Part shown: piece after piece, positions 37,601 to 55,600 of the stretch
Layout: every line of letters starts with the position of its first letter
How positions within the stretch are numbered: position 1 is the stretch's first letter
From: Eledone cirrhosa
Taxonomy: Eukaryota
Direction of reading: 5' to 3'
Assembly: GCA_964016885.1 (NCBI GenBank)
Contig: OZ024744.1
Location: forward strand, 104,408,001-104,472,000
Length of the DNA: 64,000 bases
Position numbers and translations under genes: made by a program
Notes under the pieces: model-generated
Told to the model about the DNA's origin: nothing
Databases searched by the model: none
Seen by the model: the letters and a program-made list of their open reading frames with translations, nothing else

Positions 37601-40600
37601 TACCATGTTATAATATCTCACTTTGTAACATGTCACAATATTAATATCTCACTGTAAAACATGCTACAATATTAACATCTTACTCTATAGCATGTCACAA
37701 TATTAATATCTCACTGTATAACCTGTCACAATATCTCAGTCTATACCATATCACAATATCTCATTCTATGCCATGTAATAATATCTCACTCTATACCATC
37801 TCACAATATCTCACTCTATATCATGTCACAATATCTCATTCTAAGCCATGTAATAATATCTCACTCTATACCATCTCACAATATCTCACTCTATATCATG
37901 TCACAATATCTCACTGTATAACATGTCATAATATCTCACTCTATACCATATCATATCTCACTCTATACCATGTCATAATTTTTCACTCTATACCATGTCA
38001 CAATATCTCATTCTATACCATGCCACAATATTTCAGTCTATATCATGTCATATCTCACTCTATAAGATGTCACAATATCTCAGTGTATACCATGTCACAA
38101 TATCTCACTCTATAATATGTCATAATATCTCACTCTATATGATATCATATCTCACTCTATACCATGTCATAATATCTCACTCTATACCAAGTCACAATAT
38201 CTAACTCTATACCGTGTCATAATATCTCACTCTATACCATGTCACAATATCTCATTCTAAAACATGTCACAATATCTCACTCTATACCATATCACAATTT
38301 CTAACTCTATACCATGTCATAATATCTTACTCTGTACCATGTCACAGTGTCTCACTCTATATCATGTCACAATATCTCACTCTATAACATGTCACAATAT
38401 CTTACGCTGTACCATGTCATAATATCTCACTCTATACCATGTCACACTATCTCCCTCTATATCATGTCACAACATCTCACTCTATACCATGTCACAATAT
38501 CTCACTCTATAACATATCACAATATCTCACTCTTTACCATGTCAGAATATCTAACTCTATACCATGTCACAATATCTCATTCTATGCCATCTAATAATAT
38601 CTCACTCTATACCATGTCACAATATCTCACTCTATATCATGACACAATATCTCACTGTATAACATGTCATAATATCTCACTCTATACCATGTTACAATAT
38701 CTCAATCTATATCATGTCATGTCTCACTCTATAAAATGTCACAATATCTCACTGTATACCATGTCTCGAATTCTCACTCTATACCATATCACAATATCTC
38801 ACTCTATATCATATCATATCTCACTCTATACCATGTCATAATATCTTACTCTATACCATGTCAGAGTATCTCACTCTATATCATGTCACAATATCTCACT
38901 CTATACTATGTCACAATATCTCACTCTATATCATGTCACAATATCTCACTCTATAACATGTCATAATATCTCACTCTATACCTTGTAACAATATCCAATT
39001 CTATACCATGTCATCATATCTCACTCTATACCATGTCACAGTATCTCACTCTATATCATGTCACAATGTCTCACTCTATACCATGTCACAATATCTCACT
39101 CTATATCATGTCACAATATCTCACTCTATAACATGTCATAATATCTCACTCTATACCTTGAAACAATATCCAATTCTATACCATGTCATCATATCTCACT
39201 CTATACCATGTCACAGTATCTCACTCTATGCCATGTAATAATATCTCACTCTATACCATGTCACAATATCTCACTCTATATCATGACACAATATCTCACT
39301 GTATAACATGTCATAATATCTCACTGTATACAATGTTACAATATCTCACTCTATACCATGTCATAGTATCTCACTCATTATCTTGTCATAATATTGATAT
39401 CTCACTCTATACCATGTTATAATATCTCACTGTATAACATGTGACAATATTAATATCTCATCTATATCATGTCGTAATATCTTACTCTATATCTTGTCAT
39501 AATATTGATAACTCACTACATACCATGTTATAATATCTCACTCTATAACATGTCATAATATCTTACTCTATACCATGTCACAATATCTCACTCTATAATA
39601 TGTCATAATATCTCACCCTATATCATATCATATCTCACTCTATACCATGTCATAATATCTCACTCTATACCATATCACAATATCTCACTTTATACCATGC
39701 CACAATATCTCACTCTATACCATGTCATATCTCACTCTATAACCTGTCACAATATCTCATTCTATACCATGTCACAATATCTCACTCTATGCCATGTAAT
39801 AATATCTCACTCTATACCATGTCACAATATTTCACTCTATATCATGACACAGTATCTCACTGTATAACATGGCATAATATCTCACTGTATACAATGTTAC
39901 AATATCTCACTCTATACCATGTAACAATATTAATATCTCGCACCTTATAACATGTCACAATATCTCACTCTATACCATGTCATAATATCTCACTCATTAT
40001 CATGTCATAATATTGATATCTCACTCTATACCATGTTATAATATCTCACTGTATAACATGTCACAATATTAATATTTCACTGTATAAGACGTGACAATAT
40101 TAATATCTCATCTATATCATGTCGTAATATCTCACTCTATAACTTGTCATAATATTGATAACTCACTACATACCATGTTATAATATCTCACTCTATAACA
40201 TGTCATAATATCTTACTCTATACCATGTCACAATATCTCACTCTATAGCAGGTCATAATATCTCACCCTATATCATATCATATCTCACTCTATACCATGT
40301 CATAATTTCTCACTCTATACCATGTCACAATATCTCACTTTATACCATGCCACAATATCTCACTCTATACCATGTCATATCTCACTCTATATCCTGTCAC
40401 AATATCTCTCTCTATAACATGCCACAATGTCTCACTCTATACGATGTCACAATATCTCACTCTATGCTATGTAATGATATTTCACTCTATACCATGTCAC
40501 AATATCTCACTCTATACCATGTCACAATGTCTCACTCTATATCATGTCACAATATCTCACTGTATAACATTTCACAATATTAATATCTAACTGTAAAACA

Positions 40601-43600
40601 TGTCACAATATTAATATCTCACTGTATAACATGTGACAATAATAATATCTCACTCTATACCATGTCACAATATCTCACTCTATACCATGTCATATCTCAC
40701 TCTATAAAATGTCATAATATCTCACTCTATACCATGTCACAATATCTCACTCTATATCAAGGTACAACATCACTCTATACCATGTTACAATATCTCACTC
40801 TATACCATGTCATAATATCTCACTCTATATCCTGTCACAATATCTCTCTCTATAACATGCCACAATGTCTCACTCTATACCATGTCACAATATCTCACTC
40901 TATGCTATGTAATAATATCTCACTCTATACCATGTCACAATATCTCACTCTATACCATGTCACAATATCTCACTCTATATCATGTCACAATGTCTCACTC
41001 TATATCATGTCACAATATCTCACTGTATAACATTTCACAATATTAATATCTAACTGTAAAACATGTCACAATATTAATATCTCACTGTAGAACATGTGAC
41101 AATAATAATATCTCACTCTATACCATGTCACAATATCTCACTCTGTAACAGGTCATAATATCTCACTCTATAATATCTCCCTCTATATTATATCATATCT
41201 CACTCTATATCATGTTACAATATCTCACTCTATAACATGTCACAATATCTTACGCTCTACCATGTCATAATATCTCACTCTATACCATGTCACACTATCT
41301 CCCTCTATATCATGTCACAACATCTCACTCTATACCATGTCACAATATCTCACTCTATAACTTATCACAATATCTCACTCTTTACCATGTCAGAATATCT
41401 AACTCTATACCATGTCACAATATCTCATTCTATGCCATCTAATAATATCTCACTCTATACCATGTCACAATATCTCACTCTATATCATGACACAATATCT
41501 CACTGTATAACATGTCATAATATCTCACTCTATACCATGTTACAATATCTCAATCTATATCATGTCATGTCTCACTCTATAAAATGTCACAATATCTCAC
41601 TGTATACCATGTCTCGAATTCTCACTCTATACCATATCACAATATCTCACTCTATATCATATCATATCTCACTCTATACCATGTCATAATATCTTACTCA
41701 ATACCATGTCAGAGTATCTCACTCTATATCATGTCACAATATCTCACTCTATACTATGTCACAATATCTCACTCTATATCATGTCACAATATCTCACTCT
41801 ATAACATGTCATAATATCTCACTCTATACCTTGTAACAATATCCAATTCTATACCATGTCATCATATCTCACTCTGTACCATGTCACAGTATCTCACTCT
41901 ATATCATGTCACAATATCTCACTCTATACTATGTCACAATATCTCACTCTATATCATGTCACAATATCTCACTCTATAACATGTCATAATATCTCACTCT
42001 ATACCTTGTAACAATATCCAATTCTATACCATGTCATCATATCTCACTCTATACCATGTCACAGTATCTCACTCTATGCCATGTAATAATATCTCACTCT
42101 ATACCATGTCACAATATCTCACACTATATCATGACACAATATCTCACTGTATAACATGTCATAATATCTCACCGTATACAATGTTACAATATCTCACTCT
42201 ATACCATGTCATAGTATCTCACTCATTATCTTGTCATAATATTGATATCTCACTCTATACCATGTTATAATATCTCACTGTATAACATGTGACAATATTA
42301 ATATCTCATCTATATCATGTCGTAATATCTTACTCTATATCTTGTCATAATATTGATAACTCACTACATACCATGTTATAATATCTCACTCTATAACATG
42401 TCATAATATCTTACTCTATACCATGTCACAATATCTCACTCTATAAAATGTCATAATATCTCACCCTATATCATATCATATCTCACTCTTTACCATGTCA
42501 TAATATCTCACTCTATACCATATCACAATATCTCACTTTATACCATGCCACAATATCTCACTCTATACCATGTCATATCTCACTCTATAACCTGTCACAA
42601 TATCTCACTCTATACCATGTCACAATATCTCACTCTATGCCATGTAATAATATCTCACTCTATACCATGTCACAATATTTCACTCTATATCATGACACAG
42701 TATCTCACTGTATAACATGCCATAATATCTCACTGTATACAATGTTACAATATCTCACTGTATAACATGTAACAATATTAATATCTCGCACCTTATAACA
42801 TGTCACAATATCTCACTCTATACCATGTCATAATATCTCACTCATTATCATGTCATAATATTGATATCTCACTCTATACCATGTTATAATATCTGACTGT
42901 ATAACATGTCACAATATTAATATTTCACTGTATAAGACGTGACAATATTAATATCTCATCTATATCATGTCGTAATATCTCACTCTATAACTTGTCATAA
43001 TATTGATAACTCACTACATACCATGTTATAATATCTCACTCTATAACATGTCATAATATCATACTCTATACCATGTCACAATATCTCACTCTATAGCCGG
43101 TCATAATATCTCACCCTATATCATATCATATCTCACTCTATACCATGTCATAATTTCTCACTCTATACCATGTCACAATATCTCACTTTATACCATGCCA
43201 CAATGTCTCACTCTATACGATGTCACAATATCTCACTCTATGCTATGTAATAATATTTCACTCTATACCATGTCACAATATCTCACTCTATACCATGTCA
43301 CAATATCTCACTCTATCTCATGTCACAATATCTCACAGTATAACATTTCACAATATTAATATCTAACTGTAAAACATGTCACAATATTAATATCTCACTG
43401 TATAACATGTGACAATAATAATATCTCACTCTATACCATCTCACAATATCTCACTCTATACCATGTCATATCTCACTCTATAAAATGTCATAATATCTCA
43501 CTCTATACCATTTCACAATATCTCACTCTATATCAAGTCACAATATCACTCTATACCATGTTACAATATCTCACTCTATACCATGTCATAATATCTCACT

Positions 43601-46600
43601 CTATATCCTGTCACAATATCTCTCTCTATAACATGCCACAATGTCTCACTCTATACCATGTCACAATATCTCACTCTATACCATGTCACAATATCTCACT
43701 CTATATCATGTCACAATGTCTCACTCTATATCATGTCACAATATCTCACTGTATAACATTTCACAATATTAATATCTAACTGTAAAACATGTCACAATAT
43801 TAATGTCTCACTGTATAACATGTGACAATAATAATATCTCACTCTATACCATGTCATAATATCTCACTCTATATCCTGTCACAATATCTCTCTCTATAAC
43901 ATGCCACAATGTCTCACTCTATACCATGTCACAATATCTCACTCTATGCTGTGTAATAATATCTCACTCTATACCATGTCACAATATCTCACTCTATACC
44001 ATGTCACAATATCTCACTCTATATCATGTCACAATGCCTCACTCTATATCATGTCACAATATCTCACTGTATAACATTTCACAATATTAATATCTAACTG
44101 TAAAACATGTGACAATAATAATATCTCACTCTATACCATGTCACAACATCTCACTCTGTAACAGGTCATAATATCTCACTCTATAATATCTTCCTCTATA
44201 TTATATCATATCTCACTCTATACCATGTCACAATATCTTACTCTATACCATGTCACAATATCTCACTCTATACCATGTCACAATATCTCACTCTATACCA
44301 TGTCATATCTCACTCTATAAAATGTCATAATATCTCACTCTATACCATGTCATAATATCTCACTCTATACCATGTCAGAATATCTCACTCTATATCAAGT
44401 CACAATATCACTCTATACCATGTCACAATATCTCACTCTATACCATGTCATAATATCTCACTCTATATCCTGTCACAATATCTCACTCTATAACATGCCA
44501 CAATGTCTCACTCTATACCATGTCACAATATCTCACTCTATGCTACGTAATAATATCTCACTCTATACCATGTCACAATATCTCACTCTATACCATGTCA
44601 CAATATCTCACTCTATATCATGTCATAATATTGATAACTCAGTCTATACCATGTTATAATATCTCACTGTATAACATGTCACAATATTAATATCTCACTG
44701 TATAACATGTGACAATATCAATATCTCACTCTATATCATGTCATAATATTGATACCTCACTCCATACCATGTTATAATATCTCACTCTATAACATGTCAC
44801 AATATTAATATCTCATTGTATAACATGCTACAGTATTAACATCTTACTCCATAGCATGTCACAATATTAATATCTCACTGTATAACATGTCACAATATCT
44901 CACTCTATATCATGTCACAATATTGATATCTCACTCTATACCATGTCACAATATCTCACTTTATACCATGCCACAATATCTCACTCTATACCATGTCATA
45001 TCTCACTCTATAACCTGTCACAATATCTCACTCTATACCATGTCACAATATCTCACTCTATAACATGTCATAATATCTCACTCTATACCATGTTATAATA
45101 TCTCACTCTATATCATGTCCCAATATCTCACTCTATACCATGTCACAATATCTCACTCTGTACCATGTCATTATATCTCACTCTATATCATATCATAATA
45201 TCTCACTCTATATTTTGTCGTAACATCTTACTCTATAGCATGTCACAATATTAATATCTCACTGTATAACATGTTACAATATCTCACTCTATACCATGTC
45301 ACAATATCTCACTCTATGCCATGTAATAATATCTCACTCTATATCATGTCACAATATCTCACTGTATAATATGTCATAATATCTCACTCTATACCATGTT
45401 ACAATATCTCAATCTATACCATGTCACAATATTAATATCTCTCACCTTATAACATGTCACAATATATCACTCTATACCATGTCATAATATCTTACTCTAT
45501 ATAATGTCATAATATTGATATATCACTCTATACCATGTCATAATTTCTCACTCTATACCATGTCACAATATCTCACTCTATACCATGTCACAATATCTCA
45601 CTCTATACCATGTCATATCTCACTCTATAAAATGTCATAATATCTCACTCTATACCATGTCACAATATCTCACTCTATATCAAGTCACAATATCACTCTA
45701 TAACATGCCACAATGTCTCACTCTATACCATGTCACAATATCTCACTCTATATCCTGTCACAATATCTCACTCTATATCATGTCACAATGTCTCACTCTA
45801 TATCATGTCACAATATCTCACTGTATAACATTTCACAATATTAATATCTAACTGTAAAACATGTCACAATATTAATATCTCACTGTATAACATGTGACAA
45901 TAATAATATCTCACTCTATACCATGTCACAATATCTCACTCTATACCATGTCATATCTCACTCTATAAAATGTCATAATATCTCACTCTATACCATGTCA
46001 CAATATCTCACTCTATACCATTTCACAATATCTCAGTCTATATCAAGGTACAACATCACTCTATACCATGTTACAATATCTCACTCTATACCATGTCATA
46101 ATATCTCACTCTATATCCTGTCACAATATCTCTCTCTATAACATGCCACAATGTCTCACTCTATACCATGTCACAATATCTCACTGTATGCTGTGTAATA
46201 ATATCTCACTCTATACCATGTCACAATATCTCACTCTATACCATGTCACAATATCTCACTCTATATCATGTCACAATGTCTCACTCTATATCATGTCACA
46301 ATATCTCACTGTATAACATTTCACAATATTAATATCTAACTGTAAAACATGTCACAATATTAATATCTCACAGTATAACATGTGACAATAATAATATCTC
46401 ACTCTATACCATGTCATAATATCTCACTCTGTAACAGGTCATAATATCTCACTCTATAATATCTCCCTCTATAACATGTCACAATATCTTACGCTGTACC
46501 ATGTCATAATATCTCACTCTATACCATGTCACACTATCTCCCTCTATATCATGTCACAACATCTCACTCTATACCATGTCACAATATCTCACTCTATAAC

Positions 46601-49600
46601 TTATCACAATATCTCACTCTTTACCATGTCAGAATATCTAACTCTATACCATGTCACAATATCTCATTCTATGCCATCTAATAATATCTCACTCTATACC
46701 ATGTCACAATATCTCACTCTATATCATGACACAATATCTCACTGTATAACATGTCATAATATCTCACTCTATACCATGTTACAATATCTCAATCTATATC
46801 ATGTCATGTCTCACTCTATAAAATGTCACAATATCTCATTGTATACCATGTCTCGAATTCTCACTCTATACCATATCACAATATCTCACTCTATATCATA
46901 TCATATCTCACTCTATACCATGTCATAATATCTTACTCTATACCATGTCAGAGTATCTCACTCTATATCATGTCACAATATCTCACTCTATACTATGTCA
47001 CAATATCTCACTCTATATCATGTCACAATATCTCACTCTATAACATGTCATAATATCTCACTCTATACCTTGTAACAATATCCAATTCTATACCATGTCA
47101 TCATATCTCACTCTATACCATGTCACAGTATCTCACTCTATATCATGTCACAATATCTCACTCTATACCATGTCACAATATCTCACTCTATATCATGTCA
47201 CAATATCTCACTCTATAACATGTCATAATATCTCACTCTATACCTTGTAACAATATCCAATTCTATACCATGTCATCATATCTCACTCTATACCATGTCA
47301 CAGTATCTCACTCTATGCCATGTAATAATATCTCACTCTATACCATGTCACAATATCTCACTCTATATCATGACACAATATCTCACTGTATAACATGTCA
47401 TAATATCTCACCATATACAATGTTACAATATCTCACTCTATACCATGTCATAGTATCTCACTCATTATCTTGTCATAATATTGATATCTCACTCTATACC
47501 ATGTTATAATATCTCACTGTATAACATGTGACAATATTAATATCTCATCTATATCATGTCGTAATATCTTACTCTATATCTTGTCATAATATTGATAACT
47601 CACTACATACCATGTTATAATATCTCACTCTATAACATGTCATAATATCTTACTCTATACCATGTCACAATATCTCACTCTATAATATGTCATAATATCT
47701 CACCCTATATCATATCATATCTCACTCTATACCATATCACAATATCTCACTTTATACCATGCCACAATATCTCACTCTATACCATGTCATATCTCACTCT
47801 ATAACCTGTCACAATATCTCACTCTATACCATGTCACAATATCTCACTCTATGCCATGTAATAATATCTCAATCTATACCATGTCATAATATCTCACTCT
47901 ATATCCTGTCACAATATCTCTCTCTATAACATGCCACAATGTCTCACTCTATACCATGTCACAATATCTCACTCTATGCTATGTAATAATATCTCACTCT
48001 ATACCATGTCACAATATCTCACTCTATACCATGTCACAATATCTCACTCTATATCATGTCACAATGTCTCACTCTATATCCTGTCACAATATCTCACTGT
48101 ATAACATTTCACAATATTAATATCTAACTGTAAAACATGTCACAATATTAATATCTCACTGTATAACATGTGACAATAATAATATCTCACTCTATACCAT
48201 GTCACAAAATCTCACTCTATACCATGTCATATCTCACTCTATAAAATATCATAATATCTCACTCTATACCATGTCACAATATCTCACTCTATACCATTTC
48301 ACAATATCTCACTCTATATCAAGGTACAACATCACTCTATACCATGTTACAATATCTCACTCTATACCATGTCATAATATCTCACTCTATATCCTGTCAC
48401 AATATCTCTCTCTATAACATGCCACAATGTCTCACTCTATACCATGTCACAATATCTCACTCTATGCTATGTAATAATATCTCACTCTATACCATGTCAC
48501 AATATCTCACTCTATACCATGTCACAATATCTCACTCTATATCATGTCACAATGTCTCACTCTATATCATGTCACAATATCTCACTGTATAACATTTCAC
48601 AATATTAATATCTAACTGTAAAACATGTCACAATATTAATATCTCACTGTATAACATGTGACAATAATAATATCTCACTCTATACCATGTCACAATATCT
48701 CACTCTATACCCTGTCATATCTCACTCTATAAAATGTCATAATATCTCACTCTATACCATGTCACAATATCTCACTCTATACCATTTCACAATATCTCAC
48801 TCTATATCAAGGTACAACATCACTCTATAACATGTTACAATATCTCACTCTATACCATGTCATAATATCTCACTCTATATCCTGTCACAATATCTCTCTC
48901 TATAACATGCCACAATGTCTCACTCTATACCATGTCACAATATCTCACTCTATGCTATTTAATAATATCTCACTCTATACCATGTCACAATATCTCACTC
49001 TATACCATGTCACAATATCTCACTCTATATCATGTCACAATGTCTCACTCTATATCATGTCACAATATCTCACTGTATAACATTTCACAATATTAATATC
49101 TAACTGTAAAAGATGTCACAATATTAATATCTCACTGTAGAACATGTGACAATAATAATATCTCACTCTATACCATGTCACAATATGTCACTCTGTAACA
49201 GGTCATAATATCTCACTCTATAATATCTCCCTCTATATTATATCAGATCTCACTCTATACCATGTCACAATATCTCACTCTATACCATGTCATATCTCAC
49301 TCTATAAAATGTCATAATATCTCACTCTATACCATGTCATAATATCTCACTCTATACCTTGTCAGAATATCTCACTCTATATCAAGTCACAATATCACTC
49401 TATACCATGTCACAATATCTCACTCTATACCATGTCATAATATCTCACTCTATATCCTGTCACAATATCTCACTCTATAACATGCCACAATGTCTCACTC
49501 TATACCATGTCACAATATCTCACTCTATGCTACGTAATAATATCTCACTCTATACCATGTCACAATATCTCACTCTATATCATGTCATAGTATTGATACC

Positions 49601-52600
49601 TCACTCCATACCATGTTATAATATCTCACTCTATAACATGTCACAATATTAATATCTCACTGTATAACATGCTACAGTATTAACATCTTACTCCATAGCA
49701 TGTCACAATATTAATATCTCACTGTATAACATGTCACAATATCTCACTCTATATCATGTCACATTATTGATATCTCACTCTATACCATGTCACAATATCT
49801 CACTTTATACCATGCCATAATATCTCACTCTATACCATGTCATATCTCACTCTATAACCTGTCACAATATCTCACTCTATACCATGTCACAATATCTCAC
49901 TCTATAACATGTCATAATATCTCACTCTATACCATGTTATAATATCTCACTCTATAACATGTCCCAATATCTCACTCTATACCATGTCACAATATCTCAC
50001 TCTGTACCATGTCATTATATCTCACTCTATATCATATCATAATATCTCACTCTATATTATGTCGTAATATGTCACTCTATATCATGTCACAATATTAATA
50101 TCTCACTGTATAACATGCTACAATATTAACATCTTACTCTATAGCATGTCACAATATTAATATCTCACTGTATAACATGTTACAATATCTCACTCTATAC
50201 CATGTCACAATATCTCACTCTATGCCATGTAATAATATCTCACTCTATATCATGTCACAATATCTCACTGTATAATATGTCATAATATCTCACTCTATAC
50301 CATGTTACAATATCTCAATCTATACCATGTCACAATATTAATATCTCTCACCTTATAACATGTCACAATATATCACTCTATACCATGTCATAATATCTTA
50401 CTCTATATCATGTCATAATATTGATATCTCACTCTATACCATGTCATAATTTCTCCCTCTATACCAGGTCACAATATCTCACTCTATACCATGTCACAAT
50501 ATCTCACTCTATACCATGTCATATCTCACTCTATAAAATGTCATAATATCTCACTCTATACCATGTCACAATATCTCACTCTATACCATTTCACAATATC
50601 TCACTCTATATCAAGTCACAATATCACTCTATACCATGTTACAATATCTCACTCTATACCATGTCATAATATCTCACTCTATATCCTGTCACAATATCTC
50701 TCTCTATAACATGCCACAATATCTCACTCTATACCATGTCACAATATCTGACTCTATGCTATGTAATAATATTTCACTCTATACCATGTCACAATATCTC
50801 ACTCTATACCATGTCACAATATCTCCCTCTATATCATGTCACAATGTCTCACTCTATATCATGTCACAATATCTCACTGTATAACATTTCACAATATTAA
50901 TATCTAACTGTAAAACATGTCACAATATTAATATCTCACTGTATAACATGTGACAATAATAATATCTCACTCTATACCATCTCACAATATCTCACTCTAT
51001 ACCATGTCATATCTCACTCTATAAAATGTCATAATATCTCACTCTATACCATTTCACAATATCTCACTCTATATCAAGTCACAATATCACTCTATACCAT
51101 GTTACAATATCTCAATCTATACCATGTCATAATATCTCACTCTATATCCTGTCACAATATCTCTCTCTATAACATGCCACAATGTCTCACTCTATACCAT
51201 GTCACAATATCTCACTCTATGCTATGTAATAATATCTCACTCTATACCATGTCACAATATCTCACTCTGTACCATGTCACAATATCTCACTCTATATCAT
51301 GTCACAATATCTCACTCTATATCCTGTCACAATATCTCACTGTATAACATTTCACAATATTAATATCTAACTGTAAAACATGTCACAATATTAATATCTC
51401 ACTGTATAACATGTGACAATAATAATATCTCACTCTATACCATGTCACAATATCTCACTCTATACCATGTCATATCTCACTCTATAAAATGTCATAATAT
51501 CTCACTCTATACCATGTCACAATATCTCACTCTATACCATTTCACAATATCTCACTCTATATCAAGGTACAACATCACTCTATACCATGTTACAATATCT
51601 CACTCTATACCATGTCATAATATCTCACTCTATATCCTGTCACAATATCTCTCTCTATAACATGCCACAATGTCTCACTCTATACCATGTCACAATATCT
51701 CACTCTATGCTATGTAATAATATATCACTCTATACCATGTCACAATATCTCACTCTATACCATGTCACAATATCTCACTCTATATCATGTCACAATGTCT
51801 CACTCTATATCATGTCACAATATCTCACTGTATAACATTTCACAATATTAATATCTAACTGTAAAACATGTCACAATATTAATATCTCACTGTAGAACAT
51901 GTGACAAAAATAATATCTCACTCTATACCATGTCACAATATGTCACTCTGTAACAGGTCATAATATCTCACTCTATAATATCTCCCTCTATATTATATCA
52001 TATCTCACTCTATACCATGTCACAATATCTCACTCTATACCATGTCATATCTCACTCTATAAAATGTCATAATATCTCACTCTATACCATGTCACAATAT
52101 CTCACTCTATATCAAGTCACAATATCACTCTATACCATGTTACAATATCTCACTCTATACCATGTCATAATATCTCACTCTATATCCTGTCACAATATCT
52201 CTCTCTATAACATGCCACAATGTCTCACTCTATACAATGTCACAATATCTCACTCTATGATATGTAATAATATTTCACTCTATACCATGTCACAATATCT
52301 AACTCTATACCATGTCACAATATCTCACTCTATATCATGTCACAATGTCTCACTCTATATCATGTCACAATATCTCACTGTATAACATTTCACAATATTA
52401 ATATCTAACTGTAAAACATGTCACAATATTAATATCTCACTGTATAACATGTGACAATAATAATATCTCACTCTATACCATCTCACAGTATCTCACTCTA
52501 TACCATGTCATATCTCACTCTATAAAATGTCATAATATCTCACTCTATACCATTTCACAATATCTCACTCTATATCAAGTCACAATATCACTCTATACCA

Positions 52601-55600
52601 TGTTACAATATCTCACTCTATACCATGTCACAATATCTCACTCTATACCATGTCATATCTCACTCTATAAAATGTCATAATATCTCACTCTATACCATGT
52701 CACAATATCGCACTCTATATCAAGGTACAACATCACTCTATACCATGTTACAATATCTCACTCTATACCATGTCATAATATCTCACTCTATATCCTGTCA
52801 CAATATCTCTCTCTATAACATGCCACAATGTCTCACTCTATACCATGTCGCAATATCTCACTCTATGCTATGTAATAATATCTCACTCTATACCATGTCA
52901 CAATATCTCACTCTATACCATGTCACAATATCTCACTCTATATCATGTCACAATGTCTCACTCTATATCATGTCACAATATGTCACTGTATAACATTTCA
53001 CAATATTAATATCTAACTGTAAAACATGTCACAATATTAATATCTCACTGTAGAACATGTGACAATAATAATATCTCACTCTATACCATGTCACAATATG
53101 TCACTCTGTAACAGGTCATAATATCTCACTCTATAATATCTCCCTCTATATTATATCAGATCTCACTCTATACCATGTCACAATATCTCACTCTATACCA
53201 TGTCATATCTCACTCTATAAAATGTCATAATATCTCACTCTATACCATGTCATAATATCTCACTCTATACCATGTCAGAATATCTCACTCTATATCAAGT
53301 CACAATATCACTCTATACCATGTCACAATATCTCACTCTATACCATGTCATAATATCTCACTCTATATCCTGTCACAATATCTCACTCCATAACATGCCA
53401 CAATGTCTCACTCTATACCATGTCAAAACATCTCACTCTATGCTACGTAATAATATCTCACTCTATACCATGTCACAATATCTCACTCTATACCATGTCA
53501 CAATATCTCACTCTATATCATGTCATAATATTGATATCTCACTCTATACCATGTTATAATATCTCACTGTATAACATGTCACAATATTAATATCTCACTG
53601 TATAACATGTGACAATATCAATATCTCACTCTATATCATGTCATAGTATTGATACCTCACTCCATACCATGTTATAATATCTCACTCTATAACATGTCAC
53701 AATATTAATATCTCACTGTATAACATGTCACAATATCTCACTCTATATCATGTCACAATATTGATATCTCACTCTATACCATGTCACAATATCTCACTTT
53801 ATACCATGCCACAATATCTCACTCTATACCATGTCATATCTCACTCTATAACCTGTCACAATATCTCACTCTATACCATGTCACAATATCTCACTCTATA
53901 ACATGTCATAATATCTCACTCTATACCATGTTATTATATCTCACTCTATCTCATGTCCCAATATCTCACTCTATACCATGTCACAATATCTCACTCTATA
54001 CCATGTCATTATATCTCACTCTATATCATATCATAATATCTCACTCTATATTATGTCGTAATATCTCACTCTATATCATGTCACAATATTAATATCTCAC
54101 TGTATAACATGCTACAATATTAACATCTTACTCTATAGCATGTCACAATATTAATATCTCACTGTATAACATGTTACAATATCTCACTCTATACCATGTC
54201 ACAATATCTCACTCTATGCCATGTAATAATATCTCACTCTATATCATGTCACAATATCTCACTGTATAATATGTCATAATATCTCACTCTATACCATGTT
54301 ACAATATCTCAATCTATACCATGTCACAATATTAATATCTCTCACCTTATAACATGTCACAATATATCACTCTATACCATGTCATAATATCTTACTCTAT
54401 ATCATGTCATAATATTGATATCTCACTCTATACCATGTCATAAATTCTCCCTCTATACCAGGTCACAATATCTCACTCTATACCATGTCACAATATCTCA
54501 CTCTATACCATGTCATATCTCACTCTATAAAATGTCATAATATCTCACTCTATACCATGTCACAATATCTCACTCTATAACATTTCACAATATCTCACTC
54601 TATATCAAGTCACAATATCACTCTATACCATGTTACAATATCACTCTATACCATGTTACAATATCTCACTCTATACCATGTCATAATATCTCACTCTATA
54701 TCCTGTCACAATATCTCTCTCTATAACATGCCACAATATCTCACTCTATACGATGTCACAATATCTCACTCTATGCTATGTAATAATATTTCACTCTATA
54801 CCATGTCACAATATCTCACTCTATACCATGTCACAATATCTCACTCTATATCATGTCACAATGTCTCACTCTACATCATGTCACAATATCTCACTGTATA
54901 ACATTTCACAATATTAATATCTAACTGTAAAACATGTCACAATATCACTCTATACCATGTTACAATATCTCAATCTATACCATGTCATAATATCTCACTC
55001 TATATCCTGTCACAATATCTCTCTCTATAACATGCCACAATGTCTCACTCTATACCATGTCACAATATCTCACTCTATGCTATGTAATAATATCTCACTC
55101 TATACCATGTCACAATATCTCACTCAATACCATGTCATATCTCACTCTATAAAATGTCATAATATCTCACTCTATACCATGTCACAATATCTCACTCTAT
55201 ACCATTTCACAATATCTCACTCTATATCAAGGTACAACATCACTCTATACCATGGTACAATATCTCACTCTATACCATGTCATAATATCTCACTCTATAT
55301 CCTGTCACAATATCTCACTCTATAACATGCCACAATGTCTCACTCTATACCATGTCACAATATCTCACTCTATGCTACGTAATAATATCTCACTCTATAC
55401 CATGTCACAATATGTCACTCTGTAACAGGTCATAATATCTCACTCTATAATATCTCCCTCTATATTATATCATATCTCACTCTATACCATGTCACAATAT
55501 CTCACTCTATACCATGTCATATCTCACTCTATAAAAAGTCATAATATCTCACTCTATACCAGGTCATAATATCTCACTCTATACCATGTCAGAATATCTC

